Shown piece after piece: positions 12,024-23,719 of a stretch of DNA of 64,000 nucleotides (position 1 is its first letter; the number at the start of each line of letters is the position of its first letter). The DNA is from Macrostomum lignano (Eukaryota). The notes below the pieces were generated by a model. That model did no database searches, was not told where the DNA came from, and saw only the letters and a program-made list of their open reading frames with translations. Position numbers and translations under genes: made by a program. Location of the stretch: NCBI GenBank assembly GCA_002269645.1, contig NIVC01000882.1, positions 1-64,000 on the forward strand, given 5' to 3'.

Positions 12024-14517
12024 GTAAAACGTTTCGATAAATATTAACTTGACACATTGATAAGATATCGTAGATTCTTAAGACGGAATAATAAAGCAGT
12101 GCCAATCTTAATAATTGAAGCCGAAGAATTACGGCAAATAATATTAATAATGTTGCTTCAATATCTCGATAAATTTTCGTCTCTGACAAGTGGAAACTTG
12201 GATTATCGGATTATCGCCGTCCCTGATTTTCATTGCGCGCATATCATGCTACTTACTTAGTAGCTAAAAAAGTTCAATCAATTAAAATTTGGCTACCTGT
12301 TTGCCTATTTTGCCAATTGATTAGTTACAATCGTGTCATTGATTTATTGCAATTTTGCTAACCCGATCGATTCAGACAATTATTTATATTTTTGTATTAT
12401 TTATTGCATCATTTATTTTATTGTTTTGTTCTAATTTATTCGCTCGCCATACTACTGTTGTTATTTAAGTAGCACGAAGTGAATCCAGCTATATTTTTTG
12501 ACAAATTTTCTAACCTAATTAATATTGCTCAACGTCCGGGTTTTTGTTATTTATATTTCCAGTATTTATAGTACGCTCGTAATTAATCCAGTTTATTTAT
12601 CATTCACGAAAAACTTCGCTATAGCGGAGGTGCCTTGCAATTTGACTCGCGTTGCCAGTTCCGCCTTGCCAACTTGTGTCATTGTTTGTTTATAATTTGT
12701 GAACGAATTTAGTTTACTAAGTGAGGATCGGATATATTACGTTGTGCAATAATTTTTGTGATTAATAAATAAATTAATGTTATTTTATTTTTTATTTCAC
12801 AATATTCTTCCGAATAAGTTTTGAGGGTAAGGTGTATCTCATCTGTCTATAAAAATTGTCTATGAAATTGTATCTAATCAGTTTTATCTTTATACGAAAA
12901 TTTCAAACATTTAATGACTTTTTGTAATTTTTTCTTCCCGTAATATTATAATATTTGCTCTCTTACTGTGCTACATAACTAAGTTTACAAATAATAGAAG
13001 CAATTTAATACACTGAAATTGATTTGCTCATCTTGCTAGAAATATATCTATATAGGGACTGATTCTAATACTTCTATTTATGATATTTAAAATTGAAAAT
13101 CTGTTTTCTGTTCTCTAATTTTTTGTTTTTATTTCTTTAATCACAGGTAAATATTTGTTTACTCATCTGTCCGAAATTTAGATTTCCTCCCAAAAATCAA
13201 TGAAACTAGAAGTCAAAATATCAAAACTTAAGCATCGATACTGTGTAGAAAACATTTTTCCTTTGTAGATAACATGTAATTTGGTCTTTAAGTAATATAC
13301 AGGATTTTTGTAAATTAATCGTACATCTCTTTGTAGCCCAGTAGTCTTAATCTTAGCACACTTACTGTTCATATTTCTATAGAATCATAATAAGACGCAT
13401 CCACATTTATACCAAGCGACGAGCCAAGTTACTCCCTTTTATCGAAAAAGGCCAAAATTCGCTGTAGAGATTCCCCAATTTCGTAAATAACTAACACTAA
13501 GGACGTAAGTTCAGTGGATTGTTTTTCATTTGAAGCTTATGAGAACTGTAGTGCCATCTAGGTTTGGACGACTATTTACGCCACGTTAGATAAGAACAAG
13601 AGCAAAAGTTATAACTTTTAGAACATTAATCGGAATCGAATTATTAACGCTTTAATCTCATTATCTCCTATCTATAAAATGACAATCTTAAGGTGTAGTG
13701 TTAAGTGCATTTTGTTAATCTGCGTCAACTAAAATAGCGTGTGCGCAAGTTTAAATCATTAGGTTTCCGCAATATCAAGATCTGCTCTGGATTCAGATTG
13801 CACATGCATATACGTAAAATGCACTGCCACATCACTGAACAATGAAATTGCAATCTGGATCTGTTATGTACATTCTATATCATAGAAATATATGATCAAT
13901 AATTGGACTCATTCAGCGAGCACAGGAACATTCTGGTACGCTACTTTTCATGTTCCTAATGCGATATATACTCTATTTTAATTTTGCTCGTAGTAATGAC
14001 GAACAGTGCCAAAAGTCTTCTTCAAAATCGTTTTTAGGTATAATAAAAAGAAATAAATTAATAAAATATTCATGCCTAGTTTCTCAGTAGTGAAAGCAGT
14101 CAAAATCAAAAATAAATCTTTAAAAAGTTATAACAATAATTTAGTTCGTTTAGTTTTACACTATGAATCTTCCTAATCGCAAGTTACTTTAGTTATCGTC
14201 TTATCAGGATTAACATACTTAAGTACATTTAGTACATTGCTGTTAAGTTTTTATAAGCAAAGGGTACAAAAAAACTTCCTAGTATAATGATATCTTATTT
14301 AATTTTATAACTATACATAGTTGTAATATTTTCTATATTTATGCTTAATTCAAATTTGTTTATCACGCGACAGTAATGTTTATACTATTTTTTCATTAAT
14401 ATTGATTCTTAGATTGTTAAATTATTCAATATTTTATTTTCAATATCAAACTTATGACTTTAAATAATAGCTTCTAATTACAACTGCTATCTTAATTTTA
14501 TTTCCTTAGGTCTAAAA

Positions 14518-17500
14518 ATGTCACAAAAAGGAGGGTCATTGGATTCATTATTAGTTTGGGTAAGTATGTTGATTACTTTCTAAGCATTAACCTATGTTAA
14601 AGACGTGTAGTGTATTTAGTTGTCTATTTATCAAATACCTAATGCACATTTTATCTCTTTATTCAGATTGAGTCCTTTCTATCTGATGGCACACAGTTGC
14701 AGTATGAGGACCTGATGGAGAAGAAATACCTTTTCAATGTACTTCAACAGATGTCAGTTTTGATTTATATAATAAATAAATAAAAACATTGAGTTAAATT
14801 TGAATATGTCAAATAGACGATTTAAAACATTTTCAGAGACCCAAGACCTCTATGGTCAGAGCCAATCGATGAGTGCTTAGACCAGGCCAGTCAGTTACAC
14901 AATGCTTCAATTTTATATGTGCAGCTGCTTAATTGCTACGCTGTAAGCCTTGATTGCATATTTAGCAATATCTAAATCATACTACTTTCAGTAGAAAACT
15001 TGTAATTTATTTTTATTTAGGAAACTCTCAATCAGACAGTACTCCTGCCTATGCTGGATCTGAATGCCTACGTAAACTATGAAGAGGACCGTGGTGAGTG
15101 ATAGAAAAAAAATTTTAGACCCAAAATTAGACAATAAATAATGATATATGGCCATTGTTGCGTTTTAAACAGCCGCCTCGCAGCTGGAGATGCATCGGCT
15201 GCTCATGCTGTTTCTTGGAATTGCAATTCAGTGCAAACGCAAAGACGAATTCATCGCAGCGATGGAGACACTGCCAGATGAAATTCAGGAAGACATCATG
15301 GAGAACTACAGGACTGTGAGCTTGTCCGCTTTCTTCCCAACATCTTCTGAAGAGGATTCTGGGCTAGCGTAGCTATGCACTCACTGATTAGCAGCTTGTT
15401 GCAGCCAGCTTCCAGCAGCAGATTACAGGGATACAGGGACCTCTCTAGTCTGCGCCCCTGTAGCTGGTGCCCTCTCTGTAGCTGGTACCCTCTCTAGTCT
15501 GCGCCCCTGTAGCTGGTGCCCTCTCTGTAGCTGGTGCCCTCTCTGTAGCTGGTGCCCTCTCTGTAGCTGGTGCCCTCTCTGTAGCTGGTGCCCTCTCTGT
15601 AGCTGGTGCCCTCTCTGTAGCTGATGCCCTCTCTGTAGCTGGTGCCCTCTCTGTAGCTGGTGCCCTCTCTGTAGCTGGTGCCCTCTCTGTAGCTGATGCC
15701 CTCTCTGTAGCTGGTGCCCTCTCTGTAGCTGGTGCCCTCTCTGTAGCTGGTGCCCTCTCTGTAGCTGGTGCCCTCTCTGTAGCTGATGCCCTCTCTGTAG
15801 CTGGTGCCCTCTCTGTAGCTGGTGCCCTCTCTGTAGCTGGTGCCCTCTCTGTAGCTGATGCCCTCTCTGTAGCTGGTGCCCTCTCTGTAGCTGGTGCCCT
15901 CTCTGTAGCTGGTGCCCTCTCTGTAGCTGATGCCCTCTCTGTAGCTGGTGCCCTCTCTGTAGCTGGTGCCCTCTCTGTAGCTGGTGCCCTCTCTGTAGCT
16001 GGTGCCCTCTCTGTAGCTGATGCCCTCTCTGTAGCTGGTGCCCTCTGTTACTGTGTTCCACACTTTCACAGTTGTATTCGTAAATGCGCTCACTTACTAT
16101 GAAATTGTATCCTTACTAACAGCTGGCTCAGCATCTGGTCCGTCTGGACGCGGCCGAAGCCAGAACTGGCGGCGCCGGCCTGCGCAAGTGCTGCAACGAC
16201 CGGTTGGACTGCTTTAAGGTGACCGCTAGCCAGTTGTGCAGCAATTTCTTTTAATTTGGTGCCATTTTCGGGGCTCTGTGATCAATAAATGCCATTTCAT
16301 CGCAACCTTAAAATTTCTAAGCCAAATTGCTGATTTTACCGCCTTGTGGTGAATCCTCGCCTTTAGAGCTGAGTCCTCGCATTTAGAGCTGATGAATCCT
16401 CGCCTTTAGAGCTGAGTCCTCGCCTTTAGAGCTGATGAATCCTCGCCTTTAGAGCTGAGTCCTCGCATTTAGAGCTGAGTCCTCGCCTTTAGAGCTGATT
16501 CCTCGCCTTTAGAGCTGAGTCCTCGCCTTTAGAGCTGATTCCTCGCCTTTAGAGCTGAGTCCTCGCATTTAGAGCTGATGAACCCTCGCCTTTAGAGCTG
16601 AATCCTCGCCTTTAGAGCTGAATCCTCGCCTTTAGAGCTGAGTCCTCGCCTTTAGAGCTGAATCCTCGCCTTTAGAGCTGAATCCTCGCCTTTAGAGCTG
16701 AATCCTCGCCTTTAGAGCTGCTGAATCCTCGCCTTTAGAGCTGCTGAATCCTCGCCTTTAGAGCTGATGAATCCTCGCCTTTAGAGCTGAGTCCTCGCCT
16801 TTAGAGCTGAATCCTCGCCTTTAGAGCTGAATCCTCGCCTTTAGAGCTGCTGAATCCTCGCCTTTAGAGCTGCTGAATCCTCGCCTTTAGAGCTGCTGAA
16901 TATTCGTCTTTAGTATGTCCTCGTCTTCAGAACACTGCATCCTCGTCTTCAGAACACTGCATCCTCGTCTTCAGAACACTGCATCCTTGTCTTCAGAACA
17001 CTGCATCATTGTCTTCAGAACACTGCATCCTTGTCTTCAGAACACTGCATCCTTGTCTTCAGAACACTGCATCATTGTCTTCAGAACACTGCATCCTTGT
17101 CTTCAGAACACTGCATCCTTGTCTTCAGAACACTGCATCCTTGTCTTCAGGACACTGCATCCTTGTTTTCAGGACACTGCATTCTCATACTTAAATCTCT
17201 ATCAGAGCCAAATCCATCATTGTCAAGCAGTGCAGTCAGCACCTCACACGTAGGTCACCACAATATGTTCAAACAACAGAAGTACAGCGAGGCAGTGGAG
17301 GAGAAGTGCTACCTGGAGACGGTGGTACTGCACTCGCAAGCTGCTGAGGAGTCCAAGCCGGGTTCTTCGCCAACGCCACCCTCGTCGCAGCAGTCGAATC
17401 CGGCCGACGTTGCCGCTCTGGACTCCGCCAATCAGCGCGCCGCCCAGCTGGCCGCCCAGCTGGAGGCAAAGACGGCCGAGGCGGTCAAACTGAACGAGAA

Positions 17501-20500
17501 GCTGCGCCGACAGAAGGACAAAGTGCAGCGTCTGAAAGCCACTGCAGCCAAAGTAAGCCCCCAGTTTGGTGCAATTTTTATTCATAATAATGGGCTTTAT
17601 TTACCTTTAATAACCTTAGAGTCAAAAGTTGACCTTCAGAGTCACAAGATAACCTTCGAAATCACAAGATGACCTTCGAAATCACAAGATAACCTTCGAA
17701 ATCACAAGATAACCTTCGAAATCACAAGGTGACCTTTAGAGTCACAAGGTGATCTCGAAAGTCTCAAGGTATTTTCCAGTCTTTAGGTGATGTCTAAAGT
17801 TTCAAGGTGAATTAAGACTAGAGTCTAATCTCTATAGAGTCTATCATGTAATCTTCAAAGTCTCATGTAATCTCTAGAGTCTCATGTAATCTCTAGAGTC
17901 TAATGCAATCTCTAGAGTCTTATGTAATCTTTAGAGTCTCATGCAATCTCTAGAGTCTCATGCAATCTCTAGAGTCTAATGTAACCTCTAGAGTCTCATG
18001 TAATCTCTAGAGTCTAATGTAACCTCTAGTCTCATGTAATCTCTAGAGTCTAATGTAACCTCTAGAGTCTCATGTAATCTCTAGAGTCTAATGTAACCTC
18101 TAGTCTCATGTAATCTCTAGAGTCTAATGTAACCTCTAGAGTCTCATGTAATCTCCAGAGTCAAATGTAATCTCTAGAGTCTAATGTAATCTCTAGAGTC
18201 TAATGTAACCTCTAGAATCTAATGTAATCTCTAGATAGCTTCGAGTAATCTCAGGAGTTTTAAGATGGATGACCTTCAAAGTCCCAATGCGTTGCAGCTC
18301 AGCCACTCATGTTTTAAAAGCATGTTTCAACATTTGCACTTTCAGGCCAATGCTGGCAGCGCACAGGGAGTTAAGATGGGCGCTCTGAATGAAGAGATCG
18401 AGCGACTGAAGGACAAGGCAAGCGCCTGACATTGATGCGTGCTTAGGAAATGAGATTTTTAAATCATGATGATTTTCTAAATCGCCCTGCACTCTATCGC
18501 ACAGATCAGCAAATTCGAGAACATGGAAAAAGAGGTGTACACACTGCGACAGCGACAGACAGAGTTCGACTTCTATAAGAGTCGAGTTCAGGTAAATTCG
18601 GCTTGAGATTTTGAGAATAGAAGTTTTTACGCAAGAATATGTACAATTGCATACTACTTATCAAACGTTCGTCAGTAGTGCAGTGAAGTTTCTACATTGA
18701 ATTCATCTGCAGGAACTGCGCACGGAGAACAGCCAGCTAGTTGAGGACCGGCAGCACTTCGAGGAGCTCCTGTCCAGCAGCCGGCGCAAGGAGGAGGACG
18801 TCATCGAGCGCCTGGTCGAATGCCAGATGCGCTGCGACGAGCTGGCCGGACTGCGCGAGGCCGACGCCGAACGGTCGCGCCAGGCGCTGGAGGCGGCCGC
18901 GTCGGCTGGCGGTGAGCAGGCCGTGGCCCGAATTCGCGAACTCGAAGCCGAAGTGGACAGGTGAGAATTGTACAGGCCGCCTCGGACTCATCATATACGA
19001 GTAGGTTTGAGTTAAATGATCTACAGGAGCAATGTACATTTGTAGGGCGCGGCAGACAATGTACATGGCAGCTTAAACCCCTCCCCACTCCCTCACACGT
19101 CAGGATAGGCTTAATGGGGTAGGCTACACGGGCGCTGATTGGACAAAAAAATGAACCAATAGAAATTCGGGAAGAAAGAAGAAAGATTGCATACTACTCG
19201 TATTGAATTAAAAGTAGCTTATGCTGATATTACTCGTATGTTGTATTTATCTCTTTCGTCAATTCCGTCAAAAACCAAAATTTTCTTCTTTTCTCAGTTG
19301 CTTCTTCTTTGGACCATGGCATCTCACCTGCTCCCTCTTTCAGCCTTGGCATCTCAGCTACTTATCAATTGAGCCATGGCATCTCAGCTACTTATCAATT
19401 GAGCCATGGAATCTCAGCTACTTATCAATCGAGCCTTGGCATTCTCAGCTACTTATCAATCGAGCCTTGGCATTCTCAGCTACTTATCAATTGAGCCTTG
19501 GCATCTCAGCTACTTATCAATTGAGCCATGGAATCTCAGCTACTTATCAATTGAGCCATGGAATCTCAGCTACTTATCAATCGAGCCTTGGCATTCTCAG
19601 CTACTTATCAATCGAGCCTTGGCATCTCAGCTACTTATCAATTGAGCCTTGGCATCTCAGCTACTTATCAATTGAGCCATGGAATCTCAGCTACTTATCA
19701 ATTGAGCCATGGAATCTCAGCTACTTATCAATTGAGCCTTGGCATCTCAGCTACTTATCAATTGAGCCATGGAATCTCAGCTACTTATCAATTGAGCCAT
19801 GGAATCTCAGCTACTTATCAATTGAGCCATGGCATCTCAGCTACTTATCAATTGAGCCATGGCATCTCAGCTACTTATCAATTGAGCCATGGCATCTCAG
19901 CTACTTATCAATTGAGCCATGGAATCTCAGCTACTTATCAATTGAGCCATGGCATCTCAGCTACTTATCAATTGAGCCATGGCATCTCAGCTACTTATCA
20001 ATTGAGCCATGGCATCTCAGCTACTTATCAATTGAGCCATGGCATCTCAGCTACTTATCAATTGAGCCATGGCATCTCAGCTACTTATCAATTGAGCCAT
20101 GGAATCTCAGCTACTTATCAATTGAGCCATGGCATCTCAGCTACTTATCAATTGAGCCATGGCATCTCAGCTACTTATCAATTGAGCCATGGCATCTCAG
20201 CTACTTATCAATTGAGCCATGGAATCTCAGCTACTTATCAATTGAGCCATGGCATCTCAGCTACTTATCAATTGAGCCATGGCATCTCAGCTACTTATCA
20301 ATTGAGCCATGGCATCTCAGCTACTTATCAATTGAGCCATGGCATCTCAGCTACTTATCAATTGAGCCATGGAATCTCAGCTACTTATCAATTGAGCCAT
20401 GGCATCTCAGCTACTTATCAATTGAGCCATGGAATCTCAGCTACTTATCAATTGAGCCATGGAATCTCAGCTACTTATCAATTGAGCCATGGCATCTCAG

Positions 20501-21976
20501 CTACTTATCAATTGAGCCATGGCATCTCAGCTACTTATCAATTGAGCCATGGCATCTCAGCTACTTATCAATTGAGCCATGGAATCTCAGCTACTTATCA
20601 ATTGAGCCATGGCATCTCAGCTACTTATCAATTGAGCCATGGAATCTCAGCTACTTATCAATTGAGCCATGGAATCTCAGCATTCCACATTAAGTCATGG
20701 TGTCTTGTATTCGCTTATCTTTCCCGCAGGTTGCGCTCCACTGGGTCCGCTGGAGCGGCCGCAAGCGGAGGCCCTAGCGCCAGCGACGACAAGCAGGAGC
20801 GATGGAAATTCCTCGAAGTAAAAAAGGAGCTGGTGCAGACCAGGCGCGAACTGGCTAAGGCGCGCAAACAGGCCGAGACGGACGCGCAGCGGGCCAAGCG
20901 CGCGGAGGCGCAACTGGAGACGGCGACGAAGGCGGGGGCGGACAGGGAGCACGAGCTGGTGGGCACGCGGCAGTCGCACGAGGAGCACGTGCGGGAGTTA
21001 GAACGGCGAATCCACGAGCTCACAAATCAGATTGTGCTGCTTAAGCGGAAGGGCTCCGAGGCGATGAAGGGACTGCGTGAGGCTGAGCTGGCCGAGATGG
21101 AGGTCATGTTCCAGTCGGTGCAGGAGCTCACGTCTCAGGTGAGTTCACGATGTTCTCAAATGAGCTGCGCCTTCTGTTAACAGAGTGTCTACAATCTAAT
21201 TGTCTGCAAACTGAGTGTATTTAGGTATATATTAGTGTCTGCAGGTGTCTATTAGTGTCTGCAGTGTTTATTAGTGTCTGTAGGTGTCTATTAGTGTCTG
21301 CAGGTGTCTATTAGCGTCTGCAGTGTTTATTAGTGTCTGCAGGTGTCTATTAGTGTCTGCAGTGTTTATTAGTGTCTGTAGGTGTCTATTAGTGTCTGCA
21401 GGTGTCTATTAGTGTCTGCAGTGTTTATTAGTGTCTGTATGTGTCTATTAGTGTCTGCAGTGTTTATTAGTGTCTGTAGGTGTCTATTAGTGTCTGCAGG
21501 TGTCTATTAGTGTCTGCAGTGTTTACTATTGTCTGCAGGTGTCTATTAGTGTCTGCAGGTGTCTATTAGTGTCTGCAGGTGTCTATTAGTGTCTGCAGGT
21601 GTCTATTATTGTCAATCTATGCAGCAGACAACCCAGCAACACTGCCACCGCCCATCTCGCACTGCCGCAGGTTTCCAGACTGAAGAACAATAACAAAATT
21701 CTGCGCCAGTCCTGCGACAAGCTGAAATCGGAGGTGTACAAAATCTTCACTATCGAGCAGGAGAACGAGCGACTGCTAGCGGAGAACCGGGAGCTGCGCA
21801 AAACCAAAGCTGCCGACTCCACAGCCCAGGACGAATGGGAGCTGGTGCGCAAGAAGAATCTCCAGCTAGAGGTTGAGAACAAGAAGCTCAGGCGTATTGT
21901 GGAATCGTTGAAGATGACATTGGTGCAGATTGATCCGTACAACAAGATGCGATACCACTACATTACCTCGCTGTGA
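14518..21976 (+). CDS. CCDC88 (Girdin/Daple)-like Hook-related coiled-coil protein, about 655 aa, 12 coding exons
   Basis: Exons 14518-14559, 14667-14752, 14837-14942, 15021-15093, 15173-15315, 16123-16218, 17254-17552 (1 nt short), 18346-18417, 18505-18591, 18713-18960, 20730-21138, 21671-21976. Hook-domain-like RLLMLFLGIAIQCKRKDEFIAAMETLPDEIQ; FDFYKSRVQELRTEN resembles CCDC88A IEFYKARVEELKEDN; heptad coiled coil; ends YHYITSL*. Confidence 0.8.
15455..16045. repeat. 18-bp minisatellite (CTCTCTGTAGCTGGTGCC), about 30 units
   Basis: Visible; produces the spurious ORFs (QRGHQL)n and (REGTSY)n. Confidence 0.97.
16352..17180. repeat. Two abutting related arrays: 20/23-bp (CCTCGCCTTTAGAGCTGAAT) then 22-bp (CCTCGTCTTCAGAACACTGCAT)
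   Basis: Unit switch at about 16900-16920. Confidence 0.93.
17615..18235. repeat. 20-bp (GAAATCACAAGATAACCTTC) and 19-bp (CTCTAGAGTCTCATGTAAT) arrays
   Basis: Visible tandem units. Confidence 0.88.
19340..20680. repeat. 30-bp minisatellite (GGCATCTCAGCTACTTATCAATTGAGCCAT), about 44 units
   Basis: Highly homogeneous; produces spurious long ORFs. Confidence 0.97.
21230..21610. repeat. 19/20-bp minisatellite (GTCTATTAGTGTCTGCAGGT)
   Basis: Visible tandem units. Confidence 0.92.
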
Positions 21977-22029
21977 ACTCAATATGTAAATATGCTGTAT
22001 ATTTATTAACTGATCGAGTTAATCCTTGA

Positions 22030-22320
22030 CCGGCGAGAGGCATTGCTGCCCATTCCGCCGACTCCCCTGAGCAGGCATACAAGCGCGCGGATACGTACGC
22101 AGGCACACACTCACACAGGAGTGTACAGCGGCCCTAACTTTATATTATCGTTAGGCATGTACACTTCACTGCGCCTTGGGGGGTTGGCTCTCAAGGCCAT
22201 TAATTGCACGAGCAGAGCCAAGCCGAGATTCCAATTCAGCCCCAAATGAATGTGACTGCACTTGGAATCGAGCCTGGGTCGCTGGCACACCAGAGCAGCT
22301 GCGCTACCGCTGGGCTACGG
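22030..22320 (-). mobile_element. Second tRNA-derived SINE family; related pieces at about 3995-4040, 4700-4755 (opposite orientation), 55825-55995, 56510-56545 and 59892-60030
   Basis: Minus-strand head GCCGTAGCCCAGCGG...GGCTCGATTCC (A/B boxes). Shared segments GCACACGCTCACACAGGGTGTACAGTGGCC, AGCCCCAAATGAATG and CTGCCCATTCCGC-GACTCC-CTGAGC recur among the copies. Confidence 0.65.
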
Positions 22321-23289
22321 CCCCCCTATACCTTGTAATTACTGAGCTGTGACCTTTAAACCCAGGGTTTAAATAAATGTTTGTCTAGAAGAATGCGTAA
22401 GCTATTTTATGAAAGAAAAACCAGTTCCAGCGACTCCTGGGCATGAAATACACGGGCCGACATAGTTATCGTCAGTGAGGGAAATGACAGGGGAATCCCG
22501 CTAGGGGAATCCCAGTAAGAGGAATCCCTTTTTAATCCTAGTTAGGGAAGTCCCGCTAGGAAAGTAAAACCATGGAAATTCGTCAGGGAAATCCCAGTAA
22601 GGGGAATCCCACCATTGGAATCCCAGTTTAGTGAATCGCGACAGGAAAATTTAACCAGGGGAATTCCAGTCAGGGGAATCCCAACCAGCCGACAGTACCT
22701 GCAGTCTGTTAGTTTTTTCTTATTGAGAATTTATTCAGCTCTATTCCAGATGCTATAATTAGCCGTCCCTGGCTATTCAAAGTAGCTCTATGTGTATTTA
22801 ACCTCAATGATGCATTGCAGCTCAGAGATTCCTCACTGTTTCGTAATCCTAAATTAGTTTTATTAACAGTTTAGTTAGGCTTAATAACTAACCAAACCAA
22901 TAAACATGTATTTACTGCTGATAGCGCGCATGCTAATGTCAATATATTACAGTATATTGTTTATACTATAAATGTAGACTGTTTTATTTCGATGAAAAAA
23001 TTACCGAAGATAAAACAAATGACCTAAAAAAATAATTTTGGCAATAAACTTGTAGTAAAGCCAAAACCGAAAAAAATATTCTAATGCAAATATACGATAC
23101 TTTTAATAAAATCAGATAGATCAAATATTTGAACTAAACAAATTGGCAGACAAAACCGATTGGTTATCTCAAATGGAAACCAATGCAGCTGGTTTTGATG
23201 ATGATGATAATGATTCAAGTTTTATTGAATGACGAGAATACGGGAAGGCAGCTAGCGGTGCTTGCTAAATTGGGATCTTGGATAGAAAT

Positions 23290-23640
23290 TTAATGGTGAG
23301 AAAGATCCTCAAATGGGGATCTTGGGAAGGGATCCTCAAATGGGGATCTTGAGAAGGGATCCTCAAATGGAATCTTGGGAAGGGATCCTCAAATGGGATC
23401 TTGGGAAGAGATCTTCAAATGGGGATCTTGGGAAGGGATCCTCAAATAGGAATCTTGGGAAGGGATCCTCAAATGGGGATCTTGAGAAGGGATCCTTAAA
23501 TGGGATCTTGGGAAGAGATCTTCAAATGGGGATCTTGAGAAGGGATCCTCAAATAGGAATCTTGGGAAGGGATCCTCAATTAGGGATCTTGGAAAGAGAT
23601 TCCAAGATGAGGATTTTAGGAAAATATCTAAAATGGGAAT
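23290..23640. repeat. About 26-27-bp minisatellite (GGGATCTTGGGAAGGGATCCTCAAAT), downstream of the FH stop
   Basis: Visible tandem units. Confidence 0.88.
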
Positions 23641-23719
23641 AATATTGCAGCTCAAGCATTCCGATCCCCGATAAAGGCTAATTGACACAATGAATCCTCA
23701 GTTGCTCAGTGGCCGCAGG

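Noticed and set aside
19221-21180. 490-aa and 540-aa ORFs with (SYLSIEPWHL)n and (SATYQLSHGI)n repeats, the latter running into a real exon
   Set aside because: They result from a stop-free 30-bp intronic array. A good acceptor at 20729 joins the upstream exon in phase, so only 20730-21138 is coding.
2021-21976. Idea that DLG, AP2M1 and the CCDC88-like gene form a functional membrane-trafficking cluster or operon
   Set aside because: DLG is on the opposite strand, and linkage of three genes is weak evidence in a eukaryote. It is kept only as a hypothesis in the findings until synteny or co-expression data exist.
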